Source: Candidatus Binatia bacterium (lineage in GTDB: Bacteria > Desulfobacterota > Binatia > Bin18). Taken from it: DNA of 64,000 nucleotides. The position numbers and the translations under genes were made by a program. This document shows, one piece after another, positions 18,583 through 28,873 of the stretch (its first letter is position 1; each line of letters begins with the position of its first letter). Where the stretch lies: NCBI GenBank assembly GCA_963664395.2, contig OY761159.2, forward strand, positions 1,760,001 to 1,824,000, read 5' to 3'. Under the pieces are notes generated by a model that was given only the letters and a program-made list of their open reading frames with translations, made no database searches and was not told the origin of the DNA.

Positions 18583-19868
18583 CCAAACGCTTTGCCGTTT
18601 TTGACGCGAACTCCCACATTGTCGAATCGCCCGAAATCTGGGAAAAATATCTGGAGCCGGACTATCGTGCCCTGGGCAAATTCTCCCTGTGGCGGGAAGA
18701 CGGCCAGTACGCCTCCTACCTCAAAATCAATGGCGAGGCCCATCATGACCAGGTCAATCCCAACATCCCCCGCTATGCCATCTGGCGACCGGGTATGACC
18801 TGCGAACAGGTCGGTGCGCTTGACCCCGATACCCGGCACGCCATGACCGAGGGAGCGTCTGACCCCCAGGCGCGGCTGCGGGATATGGACGCCATGGGCG
18901 TGGATCAGACCCTGCTCTACCCGACCTGGTTTGCCGAGGGATTCCCCTTGGTCAAGGACCCGGACAGCGCCGACGCGCTCGCGCGGGCGTATAACAACTG
19001 GATCGCCGATTTTTGCCAGGCCGCGCCCGACCGCTTGTATGCCGCGGCCATGATTCCATTGCAAAACATGGATTATGCGCTGGCGGAACTGCGGCGGATC
19101 GTGTCCATTCCATGCTTTCGAGGCGTGTTTCTCCGACCGATGTTCATTCAGGGCCGCTATTATACGCATCCCTACTATGATCCGTTCTGGGCCGAGCTTG
19201 AGCGCCTCGACCTGACGCTCGCCGTCCATCCGGCAACGGGCTTGTGGAACCCGGAATGGACCTCCCACGCGGCGTTTATTGAGAAAGTCAACAGAAGGCT
19301 CACGCAAGTCACCCTGTTCAGAGAAGCCGGCGGCGGCCCGTTTGCGGGGGGTGGCAATGGACCCAATTTCACGTTTGGGGCTCAGCAGCCGATCGGGCAT
19401 CCGGTTGCGCCGATCCTGTCGCCGTGGCTGGATAATCATATGTTCGTGGCTGCGACTCTGATCGGTTTTACGGTCATGCAGCGCTATCCCAAGCTGAAGG
19501 TGGTGATGGCCGGCGGCCAGGCATCATGGATGGAAGAGGTCCTGGAGAAGATGGAAGCGTCCACCCTCACGATTCCGCCCCTGCACTACTATCCGGTGCG
19601 GACCGATGTGGAAACCATGTGGGAAGAGGGCCGGGTGCTGCTCGCCTTTGACGCCGAAGAGCGGCTGATCCGGAAGCTTCCCCATACCTTCGCTCACAAG
19701 ATTGTCTGGGGCTCACGCTACCCGCAGCAGGATACGACCAGCGCCTGGGACGCGATTGAGACCCTGAGCCAGGCCCATATCGACGACGCCAGCATGGCCC
19801 GCATGCTGGGCGGCAATGCCGCCCAACAGTTCGGTATCGAGCCGGTGCAAAAGGTGGAGAAGGGATAA
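18579..19868 (+). CDS. Amidohydrolase_2 family protein with degenerate metal-binding motifs
   Basis: FDANSH, RLRDMDAMGVD and AVHP, but WGSRYPQQD in place of GSDYPH. ATGA overlap with the upstream gene. Confidence 0.88.
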   Translation: MTKRFAVFDANSHIVESPEIWEKYLEPDYRALGKFSLWREDGQYASYLKINGEAHHDQVNPNIPRYAIWRPGMTCEQVGALDPDTRHAMTEGASDPQARLRDMDAMGVDQTLLYPTWFAEGFPLVKDPDSADALARAYNNWIADFCQAAPDRLYAAAMIPLQNMDYALAELRRIVSIPCFRGVFLRPMFIQGRYYTHPYYDPFWAELERLDLTLAVHPATGLWNPEWTSHAAFIEKVNRRLTQVTLFREAGGGPFAGGGNGPNFTFGAQQPIGHPVAPILSPWLDNHMFVAATLIGFTVMQRYPKLKVVMAGGQASWMEEVLEKMEASTLTIPPLHYYPVRTDVETMWEEGRVLLAFDAEERLIRKLPHTFAHKIVWGSRYPQQDTTSAWDAIETLSQAHIDDASMARMLGGNAAQQFGIEPVQKVEKG

Positions 19869-19878
19869 CGGCTCGGCA

Positions 19879-20904
19879 ATGGCGGCTCCCTCATTCAATC
19901 ATAGCCAATCGTTTCCTGCGTCCCTCCGCTATCCGGTCCTCGTCCTGACCCATGTCCTCATCAAACCGATCCTCTGGCTGATCGATACGGCCGGCTATTC
20001 GGATCGCTTCTGGGCAGCGATTGGCCGCAAGCTGAAGGTCAAGCTGCTGGCCGGGCACGATTTCGGCGACTACCGTCCAAGCCGGCACGATGTGGTGGTC
20101 TGTACGTTTCCCAAATGCGGCACGAACTGGACCATGCAGATCGCGTATCAAATCGCCATGCGGGGCAGGGGCGAGTTTCGGCATATTCACGATGTGATTC
20201 CGTGGCCGGATTTTGCCAGGCAGGACCTTATCGTGCCCCTGTCGGACGATAGCGCGCGCAAAGCCGCACCGACCGGCCTGCGGGTGATTAAAACCCATCT
20301 GGAGTGGGAGCGCGTCCCCTACACTCCGGACGCCCGTTATATCTGTATTCTGCGCGACCCCAAGGACGCCTTTGTATCGAATTATCTGTTTGTCCGGGAT
20401 GTCATGTTCGGTCCGCTGATGCCCGCCGTGCCGGTTTGGCTGCGGATCTTTTTTTCCGATGCCGCGCCGTTCAACTGGTCCGAACACCTGCACGGCTATT
20501 GGAAAAACCGCCACCTGCCCAATCTGCTGATCCTGACCTTTGAGGAGATGAAACAGGACTTGGCCGCGGCCGTGCGACGCATTGCCGAGTTTATGGATGT
20601 CGAGTTGACCCCGGACGAGTTTGCCGCGGTATGCGAGCAGAGTTCATTTGCGTATATGAAAGGCATGGACGAGAAGTTCAAGCCGCCGGCACTCAGCCCG
20701 TGGTCGTCGCCCGACCGGCAGATGATCCGCCGCGGCGTCAGCGGCGGGTCGGCTGAGTTGTTATCCCCCGCCCAGCAAGGCTTTATTGATACGATGTGCA
20801 AAGCCGAGCTGACCCGGCTCGGCAGCGACTTTGCGTACGATAGGATGTGGGGGAATCAAGCGGGCAGGGAGAACACAGTAGCAGCCGCACAGAGTGTCGA
20901 ATAA
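19879..20904 (+). CDS. PAPS-dependent sulfotransferase (Sulfotransfer_1)
   Basis: 5'PSB motif TFPKCGTNW, KTH, 3'PB motif RDPKDAFVS, C-terminal RRGVSG. Confidence 0.9.
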   Translation: MAAPSFNHSQSFPASLRYPVLVLTHVLIKPILWLIDTAGYSDRFWAAIGRKLKVKLLAGHDFGDYRPSRHDVVVCTFPKCGTNWTMQIAYQIAMRGRGEFRHIHDVIPWPDFARQDLIVPLSDDSARKAAPTGLRVIKTHLEWERVPYTPDARYICILRDPKDAFVSNYLFVRDVMFGPLMPAVPVWLRIFFSDAAPFNWSEHLHGYWKNRHLPNLLILTFEEMKQDLAAAVRRIAEFMDVELTPDEFAAVCEQSSFAYMKGMDEKFKPPALSPWSSPDRQMIRRGVSGGSAELLSPAQQGFIDTMCKAELTRLGSDFAYDRMWGNQAGRENTVAAAQSVE

Positions 20905-20915
20905 CAGAAAGGAGT

Positions 20916-22039
20916 ATGCACATGCACGTGATCGACGGCGACAGCCACTTTATGGAACCGCTGGATCTCTACCCGCGCTACATAGACCCGGCCTTTCGGG
21001 AGCGGGCCATGCGGGTGGAAAAGGACCCGGCCAGCGGTGAGCCGACCATCCGCATTGACGGCCGCCCCCTCAAGATGGTCAACACCACCGACCTGTTAGC
21101 CGCAGTGGTGGCCTACGGGCAGAAAGAAATGGGCCGGGATGTCAACCATTTCGATCAATATCTGGCGCTCAGCCCGGACTGGCAGAATATGGACAAGCGG
21201 ATCGAGTTCCTGGATGCCGAGGGTATTCAGGCCCAGGTCATCTACCCCACGCTCGGCCTCTTATGGGAGGGCAGCGTGGAGGACCCGGTCTTTGCCGATG
21301 CCCTGAGCCGGGCCTATAACACCTGGGCGTTTGAACTGTGCGCCGGCCATAGCGACCGCCTTTTCCCCGCGGCGCATATCTCCCTGCGGGATGCCGAACT
21401 GGCCGTGCGTGAACTCAAGCGGGTCGCCAAGCTGGGCTGTCGAACGATTTTGTTGCCGCGGCCCCAATCAACGGCCGCAGCTTCGGCCATCCGGATTTGG
21501 ACCCCATTTGGGCGGCGGTACAGGATTTGGACCTGAGCGTCGGCATCCATTTGACCGGGCATAAGCATTCGACCGGGCGCGAATGGTACCGCGACCGCGA
21601 CCCCGGCATGATGTTCGTGACCATGAACCTGATTCAGGACCCGCGCATGGCGCTGACCACCATGGTCTACGATGGCGTGCTGGAACGCTTTCCCCGCCTG
21701 CGGGTGGCCACCATAGAGGCCATGGTCGGCTGGATTGGCGAATGGCTGGAACGGCTCGACTACCGGTATAAATACATGGGCCATACCTCGCAGATGGAGC
21801 GCCCGGCGTCCGAATACTTCGAGCGCAATATCTGGATCAACGGCGACCCCGAAGAGAAGATGTTTCCCCTCATCGTCCAGTTTGCCGGCGACGAAAAATT
21901 CTTCGTCGGCTCCGACTACCCCCACGCCGAGGGCTTTGTTGAGCCGGTGCGCAAAGCGCGCGAAACCTTGTCCTCGTTGCCGCCCGAGTCGATAGACAAA
22001 ATTCTGGGGGGGAACGCCCGTCGCTTCTTCGGGATTTGA
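20916..22039 (+). CDS. Amidohydrolase_2 family protein split by a 1-nt frameshift in a T-run (~21448-21451)
   Basis: IDGDSH in the first ORF; GIHL and VGSDYPH in the second. Adding one T restores RTIFVAAAPINGRSFGHPDLDPIW. Confidence 0.82.
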
Positions 22040-22197
22040 CGGGTCAGCGTTGCCGCCTCAAGACGCATGGTAATCATTCTTTCTGTATGAGCCGGCAGCA
22101 CCGTATTCAGCGTTCATCAGGGCGGCAAATCCCCTCGTCTCGGCCACTCCTCGCTCAGAGCGGCATGGACGGGCTGAGGAGGTAGGAGGAATCTCGT

Positions 22198-22725
22198 ATG
22201 GCAGAGACGCGTGAGGAGAACAGGGGCTTCCGTTCACTCTGGATGACTCTCGCTCTTGTGGTCATCGCCTCGTTCGGGGCGTTGCTCTATTACGGCCGCG
22301 AAGTCTATCAGATGGCCCCTCCGGTTCCGGAGCGTGTCGTCGCCTCTGGCGGTACGGTCGTCTTCACCGGAGACGATGTTCGAGCCGGCCAGGATGTGTG
22401 GCGCTCAATTGGCGGACACCAACTGGGCTCTATCTGGGGCCATGGCTCCTACACGGCGCCGGACTGGACCGCTGACTGGCTGCACCGCGAGGCAGTCTGG
22501 CTGCTCGACCACTGGGCACACGAGGAACGGGAGCGGGGCTACGAAGAACTCGACGGGGAGCGACAAGCGGCACTTCGGGCGCGGCTCCAGCATGAACTGC
22601 GGACGAACACCTATGACACCGCGACCCAAACGATAACCGTATCGGAGTTGAGGGCGGAGGCCATTACTGGCGTACAGACTGGCGTGGATGAAAGCCCAGG
22701 GCAAGGGCTACCAGAGCCGCATTAA
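22198..22725 (+). pseudogene. norB: N-terminal fragment of quinol-dependent nitric-oxide reductase (qNor)
   Basis: GQDVWRSIGGHQLGSIWGHGSYTAPDWTADWLHRE is the qNor N-terminal signature. Only 175 aa; the heme-copper membrane core is missing. Confidence 0.8.
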
Positions 22726-22804
22726 CGCCATCCTGCGAGCTTACTACGAAGCGCACCAGGATGGTGCCCGATAGAAGCGCGAGTTGCGCCGATTCCTCTT
22801 GCAC

Positions 22805-24196
22805 TCAGCCGGCCGTTCCCCGGCGGAGCACGGACAGCACACACGCACACAAACAGACCCCCGCGCAGACCAGGAACACGTCCTGGAAAGCCGGCATAAA
22901 CGGGTCTGCATACGCCCCGGAGCCAGGAGCGGCAACCGCATACACCATCTTTCGGCTCGCAAACAGCGCACTGGCGCCGGTCACGCCGAGGACAACGCCC
23001 AGCGTCCGCATCATCTGACTCATCCCGCCCGCGACCCCCTGCTGGTCGCGGGGAATCGCACCCATAACAAAGCTCATATTGGGCACCTGGAAGAGCCCGA
23101 TGCCCGCCCCAACAAGGCCGAGCGTCAGCACGACCGGGAGGGTGGCGGTTTCGCCGGGCAGCAGACTCATCAGCCACAGCCCGCAGGCCTCGAGGCCGAG
23201 GCCCACGGAACTTAACAGCCGGGTCCCCAGCCGGTCGGTGAGCACGCCCGCCAGCGGAGCCACCAGAGCGGTTGCCAACGGGGTTGCCACCAATACCAGC
23301 CCGGCGGTGGTTTCAGGATGCCGGAGGATCTGAACAAGATAGTGGGGGACGAGGAGCCAAATCGCAAACATCGCGCCGTTCGCCAGCACGTTCAGGGCGT
23401 TGGCCAGAGCAAAGGCCGGGCTGCGGAACAGGCTGAGGTCCACGACCGGCGGGCCGGTCCGCTGTTCGACTTTCACAAAGAGGGCAAAGCTCAGGCCGGA
23501 GAGCCCCAGCAGGGTCAGGACCAAGGGTGAGGTCCAGCCTGCGGTCGGACCCCGGCTCAGGGCCAGCAGCAAGCCCGCGAGACCGCCCGCCAGGGTGAGT
23601 ATAGCGGGGGCGTCAAAGGCGGGCCGAGCGGCCCGGCGGGTGGCTGACGGGGTCTGTCTGCACGCCAACCAGCCCAGCACCAGGGCCGGTACGACCCGAA
23701 ACAGATACACCGCGTGCCAGCCAAAGCTGCCGACCAGGAGGCCGCCGACGAGGGGCCCCAGAGCAAAGCCGACCGCCGCGCTCATCTGAAAAATGCCGAG
23801 GACGCGCCCCTGGGCTTGTGGCGGAACCGACAGCGTGGCCAGCGCCGGGGCCGCGGCAAAAACGAGGGCCACGGCGATGCCCTGCACAACCCGGGCTCCG
23901 AGCAGCAGGGGAAAGGTGGGCGCCAGGCCGCACAGCAAAAAAGCGACGGCACTGGCGATCAGGCCCCAGCTCAGGACGCGGCTGTGACCCCACACGTCGG
24001 CGATCTTGCCGCAGCCGAGCAGCAGGCTGGCATAGGTCAGAACATAGCTGACCACGACCCACTGCATGGCGGTGACATCCAGACCAAAGGCTGCCGTCAT
24101 CGCCGGGAAGGCGATATTCACGGACGTGTCGAGCGAGCCCAGCACGGCGCTGGCACTGGCGATAAGAACCGAGGACTGGAGGACGGGGCGCGGCAT
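22805..24196 (-). CDS. MFS transporter, DHA2 (EmrB/QacA-like)
   Basis: LDTSVNIAFP, WVVVSYVLTYA and ARVVQG motifs; many TM segments. Confidence 0.9.
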   Translation of the reverse strand: MPRPVLQSSVLIASASAVLGSLDTSVNIAFPAMTAAFGLDVTAMQWVVVSYVLTYASLLLGCGKIADVWGHSRVLSWGLIASAVAFLLCGLAPTFPLLLGARVVQGIAVALVFAAAPALATLSVPPQAQGRVLGIFQMSAAVGFALGPLVGGLLVGSFGWHAVYLFRVVPALVLGWLACRQTPSATRRAARPAFDAPAILTLAGGLAGLLLALSRGPTAGWTSPLVLTLLGLSGLSFALFVKVEQRTGPPVVDLSLFRSPAFALANALNVLANGAMFAIWLLVPHYLVQILRHPETTAGLVLVATPLATALVAPLAGVLTDRLGTRLLSSVGLGLEACGLWLMSLLPGETATLPVVLTLGLVGAGIGLFQVPNMSFVMGAIPRDQQGVAGGMSQMMRTLGVVLGVTGASALFASRKMVYAVAAPGSGAYADPFMPAFQDVFLVCAGVCLCACVLSVLRRGTAG

Positions 24197-24363
24197 GAGT
24201 CATGTTCCGAGCGAGCCGATACGGGGTCGAGGGCACGATACCCGCCGAGAGGTGAAGGCGGCAAGAGCGTGGTAACACTCGTCGTGGCCTTCGTTGACAG
24301 CAACCGGGGCGGACCATACAAAAGGGACCCGCCCAGCGCGGGCCCGACCCGACGGAGGTTGCG

Positions 24364-25377
24364 ATGGGACAGATAAAGGAATTGGGGGTGAGCTTCCAGA
24401 ATCTGACGGCCCGGGAATGTATGGCGACGGCCAGACAGGCTGAAGCCTACGGCTTTGGGACCTATTGGGTGCCGGAAGATTATGTGCACCGCGGGGCGTT
24501 CAGCCTGGCCAGCGCCATCGCGGCGTGCACAACCTCGCTCCGTATCGGTATCGGTGTGCTCAACCCCTATACGCGCCACCCCGTGCTGACGGCGATGGAG
24601 TTGGGTTCCCTGGAAGAAATATCCGCCGGCCGCGCGGTGTTGGGTATGGGCGCAAGCGTCGCCCCCTGGATTGAGGGACAACTCGGGATTCCGTACGCCA
24701 AACCGGCCACCTCAATGCGGGAAGGCGTGGAGATTATCCGAGCGCTCTTTCGGGGTGAGGCGGTGACGTATACGGGACAGGTGTTCCAGACCACGTCCGC
24801 CCGCTTCAATTTTCAGCCTCCCCGGACGGACGTTCCGATTCACCTGGGGGTGCTGGGCCCGCAGAACCTGACGCTGGCCGGCCAGATTGCCGACGGGGCC
24901 TTGCTGGCCGTGCTGCTGAGTCCAGCCTATGTTCGCTACGCTGTGGAGTGTCTCAGACGAGGAACGGACGCCGCTGGCAAAACCTGGGCCGACTTTGAGG
25001 TCGGCGGTCTGCTGACCGTTGCCATTGCCGAAGACGCGGCTGCCGCCCGTGAGGCCGTCAAGCCCTTTCTGGCCACCTGGATCGGGCTGTTAAGCGGCCA
25101 GCCGGAGCATCCGCTCTTCTCCTGTCCCGGTCTTGCCGCCAGAGATGTGCAGCGTTTTGGCGAACGGTTTGCCGCCGGTGACCTGGCCGTCGATCTGGTA
25201 ACGGATTGGATGATCGATACCTTTGCGATTGCCGGCGACCCGGAGCACTGTCGCCGCAAGCTGGCCGCCCTTGTCGATGCCGGACTCACCAGTCCGGTCG
25301 CGTTCGAGGTGCCGGGCATCCGGCCCGCGGTCACCCTGGACGCGGTGAAGACCCATCTCATGCCGCACTTCTTGTAA
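24364..25377 (+). CDS. LLM-class flavin/F420-dependent oxidoreductase (Mer-like)
   Basis: AEAYGFGTYWVPED, GIGVLNPYTRHP and AGQIADG motifs. Confidence 0.88.
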   Translation: MGQIKELGVSFQNLTARECMATARQAEAYGFGTYWVPEDYVHRGAFSLASAIAACTTSLRIGIGVLNPYTRHPVLTAMELGSLEEISAGRAVLGMGASVAPWIEGQLGIPYAKPATSMREGVEIIRALFRGEAVTYTGQVFQTTSARFNFQPPRTDVPIHLGVLGPQNLTLAGQIADGALLAVLLSPAYVRYAVECLRRGTDAAGKTWADFEVGGLLTVAIAEDAAAAREAVKPFLATWIGLLSGQPEHPLFSCPGLAARDVQRFGERFAAGDLAVDLVTDWMIDTFAIAGDPEHCRRKLAALVDAGLTSPVAFEVPGIRPAVTLDAVKTHLMPHFL

Positions 25378-25708
25378 TCTTGCGCGGCCGCCGGCCCTTA
25401 CCGAATCGGTGGAGAAGAATTTGATGCTCAGGCTCCCTATAAAGAAGGCGACGACAAGTATGATGTGAACTTGCGAAAATCGGTGTCGTCAGATTGCCGT
25501 CCGACTTTCAGTCTGCCCTGGACGTTCTCGATAATGAGCGGCTGCTGCGATCCTGGTTCCCAAGGGAATTCGTCGATGTGTTCCTGGCTCACAAGACTGG
25601 GGAGATCGCATTTCTTCAAGACAAAAATGCAGCCGACATCAGGCGCAGGTATGCGGCTGCGTACTAATGCGCCGCACGGTTGAGCAGCCTGACGCCCGTA
25701 CTCGAACC

Positions 25709-26095
25709 TTACTTCAGTCCTTCGCCGCTGGGGTCGTCGACGATGAAAAGCCACGTCCCGTCGGCCTGCTTGCGGACCACCTCCACGCTGTGCAGCGGCG
25801 TCGTGACCGGGTTGCCGTCCGGTCCAGGACTGGTACTGCTGCCCTTCACTCGCGTGACCGCCACCGTCCCGTCCGTACTCGGCACCGCCGTGACCGCCTC
25901 GACGTTGAACGTGGCCTGGGCGTCAATAAAGCCCTGCATGACCTCGCGAATAGCAGCGTGGCCGGTAACCACCTGCTCGGGCGATACCACAAACGTGGCA
26001 TCCGGCTCATACATCGCTATGGCCGCGTCCAGGTCGCCCGCCTTCAGCGCTTCGAGCAACTGCAGATCACACTCTTCGGGTTTGTGTGCTGGCAT
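25709..26095 (-). CDS. NTF2/SnoaL-like (YybH/DUF4440) protein
   Basis: AGDLDAAIAMYEPDA...EVVRKQADGTWLFIVDDP. Confidence 0.85.
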   Translation of the reverse strand: MPAHKPEECDLQLLEALKAGDLDAAIAMYEPDATFVVSPEQVVTGHAAIREVMQGFIDAQATFNVEAVTAVPSTDGTVAVTRVKGSSTSPGPDGNPVTTPLHSVEVVRKQADGTWLFIVDDPSGEGLK

Positions 26096-26247
26096 ATTCG
26101 TTCCCTCCTTTGATTTGAGTCAGAATTTCCGCCTGTCCCCCACACTCGGTTCAGACGTCTCCCCACCCCTACACCGCAACCCTGCTGAAGGCAAGTGAAA
26201 AAACGGGACGCAACTCAGCGGGAAGTATTGTCTCTTCCGTAGACACA

Positions 26248-28401
26248 TCATTCAGGAGTCTCGGCGAACGCTTGTGCGAGCAAGCTGTCGTACACGGTGA
26301 GGGCTGTTTTCACGCGTTGCTGTAGAGCCTCTCTCTGGGCGTTCCAGTGGAGGCGGAGCCACTCGGGCGACAGACTGTCTTTCTCGTGTTGCGCAGCCCA
26401 ATCGATTTCCAGGGATGCAAGCGCTTCCAGGACAGCCTTGTAGCGCGCGACCAGCTCCGGGACTCCCTCTTTCTTCCAGCATCGCGTGTGACCGTCGACT
26501 GCAATATAGACGGGCGCGCTGTGGGCCACGCCCATCTCTGAGCCAAAGGCACGTACGGCCAGCCACAGGCTCGTTTGGGGTTGTAATTCGTGGATCAGCT
26601 CTACCGTCTCAGCGCCGGGCTTGGCTTTCACCGTCTTGATCACGTCGCCGTGCACGACGAGTTCCAGACGGTCGAGCGAGCCGAAGTCGGGATTCTGGCG
26701 CGCAACGGCCTTGAGCCTGATCGTCTGTCCAGGCTTGGCCTGGAGTTCTGCTCCCATGGACTGCCCGCCGACATCCAGTTCAAGCAGAGGACCGTTGGTG
26801 ACAAAGAGCCGGCCGGCTTTCATGCCGTCAAAGAACGCTTGGGGCGAGAACTCGCCTGCAAGCTGAACGTAGTAGCGCTCTGCGCCCGGCAAACTCAGAT
26901 AGGGCCAGTCCGAGCCGGCTGAGGGTGTGAGCCGAAACCCCAGATTGAGGAAATCGTACAACAGTCCCGTGCCCAGCTGTCCGAACTGCAAGACCTCCAC
27001 GAAATCGACCAGTCCGTCCACCAGGTCCAAGGCCAGGCCGGCGGGGGCGCCGGAGAGCTGGGCAAAGAAGTCCAGCCCCGTGTGCGCATACCCGAACAGC
27101 CCGCCGTCTTGCCGTATAGCTGCGGCTGTTTCGTCATACAGGAAATACTCTAAGGGATGATGGTACTGCTTACCGTTCAGGCCGATGGTATGGCCGAGCT
27201 GCATGGTGCGCGGAGATTCCTGGCCCGTCACCAGGGCATACTGATCGCGCAGATACTGCCCGCTGGGTCCAAAAGCGTATTGCGAGAAAAAATACCCACT
27301 CGGATTGCCCATCTGCAGCAGGTTTGCGACATGCACGTCCTGCGCCCGCATGAGGACTGAAATCCAGGCGTTGTCCTCGGCTGCGCGCTGCACATGGATA
27401 TGATCGTCCCCGGAATACCAGCCCTGGGCGGGCATATCTATCCAACGGGGGAGCGGCACCTCAAGCGCGGTGGGCTCGCCCGCAGTGATGGTGATCTGGC
27501 GTTGAAGAACGCGATACTCGGGCCCCTTGCCAATCACCAGATCATAGCTTCCGGCCTCAAGTTCGGCTTCGTACCTGCCGTCAATGAAAAAGACATACCG
27601 CCCGTCGTACGGCCATTTTTCGACACCGGGAATCAACTCGCTCTGGGAAATTGTCTCGTCTTCCCAGCGCGTAAACGCCAGGGCCGATTGACTTGGCAAC
27701 GGCAGACGACCGTGCGCATCGTACAGACCGATGCGGGCCGGGGTCAGCGCGCTTGTTGCCCCGTCACGCACCTCGAGCCGCAGCGTCCCTTTCGGGCCGG
27801 TATGCAGAGCGGGTTTCCCCTCCCGTTTGAGGCGCAGGTCACAGACTGTAATCTCTGGCGAATCCCCAGGTTGTGACTGGGTCAAGTCTATCCCTGGCGC
27901 AGCCAGCGCAAAGTCGGCTGCGGTTAATAATCTGTTGGCAAAGCGGGCATGCTCCAGGGTGAGCGTGACGCTCGCCCAACGTGGCGTATCCTGGGCAAAG
28001 CGGACGGTCTCGGCCTGGGGGCGACGGCCCGCCCGGTCGTGATAGTACACCAGGCCGGTGCTCGTTTCACGGTCCAGGACGAGCTCGACGGTCACGGTTT
28101 CATCAATATTGAACGCAAAGGCATCATCGACATCGAACATCAAGAGCGCGCCAACGACACACTGGCGGCCGTCACGTTGCTCGACTCTGGCGGCGGCGGT
28201 CGAGCGGAACGGTGCCGCCCCACTCGTGCGGGCGTCCATATCGATTGCGGTTACAGCGCTGATATGCTCCGTCCGCCAGGCGAGTTGCAATTTTCCGTTC
28301 GGATGGCGCTGATGGGCCGCTACCTGCGCGCCGCCTATGAGGAGCAGTCCTATCAGCATCGTTCCGCCAACGAAGAGTCCACCAGACCTATGACGATTCA
28401 T
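26248..28401 (-). CDS. Secreted CehA/McbA-family metallohydrolase
   Basis: Signal-like N-terminus; KGPEY, GWYSGDDHIH, YAH, SAGSD and FVTNGP motifs. Confidence 0.82.
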   Translation of the reverse strand: MNRHRSGGLFVGGTMLIGLLLIGGAQVAAHQRHPNGKLQLAWRTEHISAVTAIDMDARTSGAAPFRSTAAARVEQRDGRQCVVGALLMFDVDDAFAFNIDETVTVELVLDRETSTGLVYYHDRAGRRPQAETVRFAQDTPRWASVTLTLEHARFANRLLTAADFALAAPGIDLTQSQPGDSPEITVCDLRLKREGKPALHTGPKGTLRLEVRDGATSALTPARIGLYDAHGRLPLPSQSALAFTRWEDETISQSELIPGVEKWPYDGRYVFFIDGRYEAELEAGSYDLVIGKGPEYRVLQRQITITAGEPTALEVPLPRWIDMPAQGWYSGDDHIHVQRAAEDNAWISVLMRAQDVHVANLLQMGNPSGYFFSQYAFGPSGQYLRDQYALVTGQESPRTMQLGHTIGLNGKQYHHPLEYFLYDETAAAIRQDGGLFGYAHTGLDFFAQLSGAPAGLALDLVDGLVDFVEVLQFGQLGTGLLYDFLNLGFRLTPSAGSDWPYLSLPGAERYYVQLAGEFSPQAFFDGMKAGRLFVTNGPLLELDVGGQSMGAELQAKPGQTIRLKAVARQNPDFGSLDRLELVVHGDVIKTVKAKPGAETVELIHELQPQTSLWLAVRAFGSEMGVAHSAPVYIAVDGHTRCWKKEGVPELVARYKAVLEALASLEIDWAAQHEKDSLSPEWLRLHWNAQREALQQRVKTALTVYDSLLAQAFAETPE

Positions 28402-28873
28402 CTCGCTGCCCTCCTTCTCCCTTCGCTGTATCATCTTACCCATATGGTCGACGGTCAATTACAGATTTTTCACGGTCAGTTTGTGAGTGATGACGCCGCC
28501 CGGGTTCAGCAACAAGGCGGCGCAGTTGTACAAAGAATCTGGGCGCAACTGCAAGCTGAGAATCTGATTTTATCACCGCTTCAGCCTCAGTTTCCACAGG
28601 GTCAAAAACTCGCAGGCGCCCTTCTCCTCTCGCCTGTCTGGTCCGTACTCCAGCTTGTATGACGTGGCACAGTGACGGGGGCTAGCCCAAGACCCAGGGG
28701 CCCTAGTAATGCTATCCCCGTCCAGCCTCACGAACTTGACAGGGCCATAGTGAAGCCTAGAGTAGACGGCGGACGATTGGCCCTTTCTACCCTGGTGTGA
28801 GCGGAGAAGCGACGGGGCACTACACCCGAGCGGGAGGGGCGCAAACGCTTGAACAAAAAAAGTGGAGAAACCC

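Noticed and set aside
25437-25754. 105-aa minus-strand ORF between the LLM and SnoaL genes
   Set aside because: No recognisable family; overlaps the SnoaL gene; at most a remnant.
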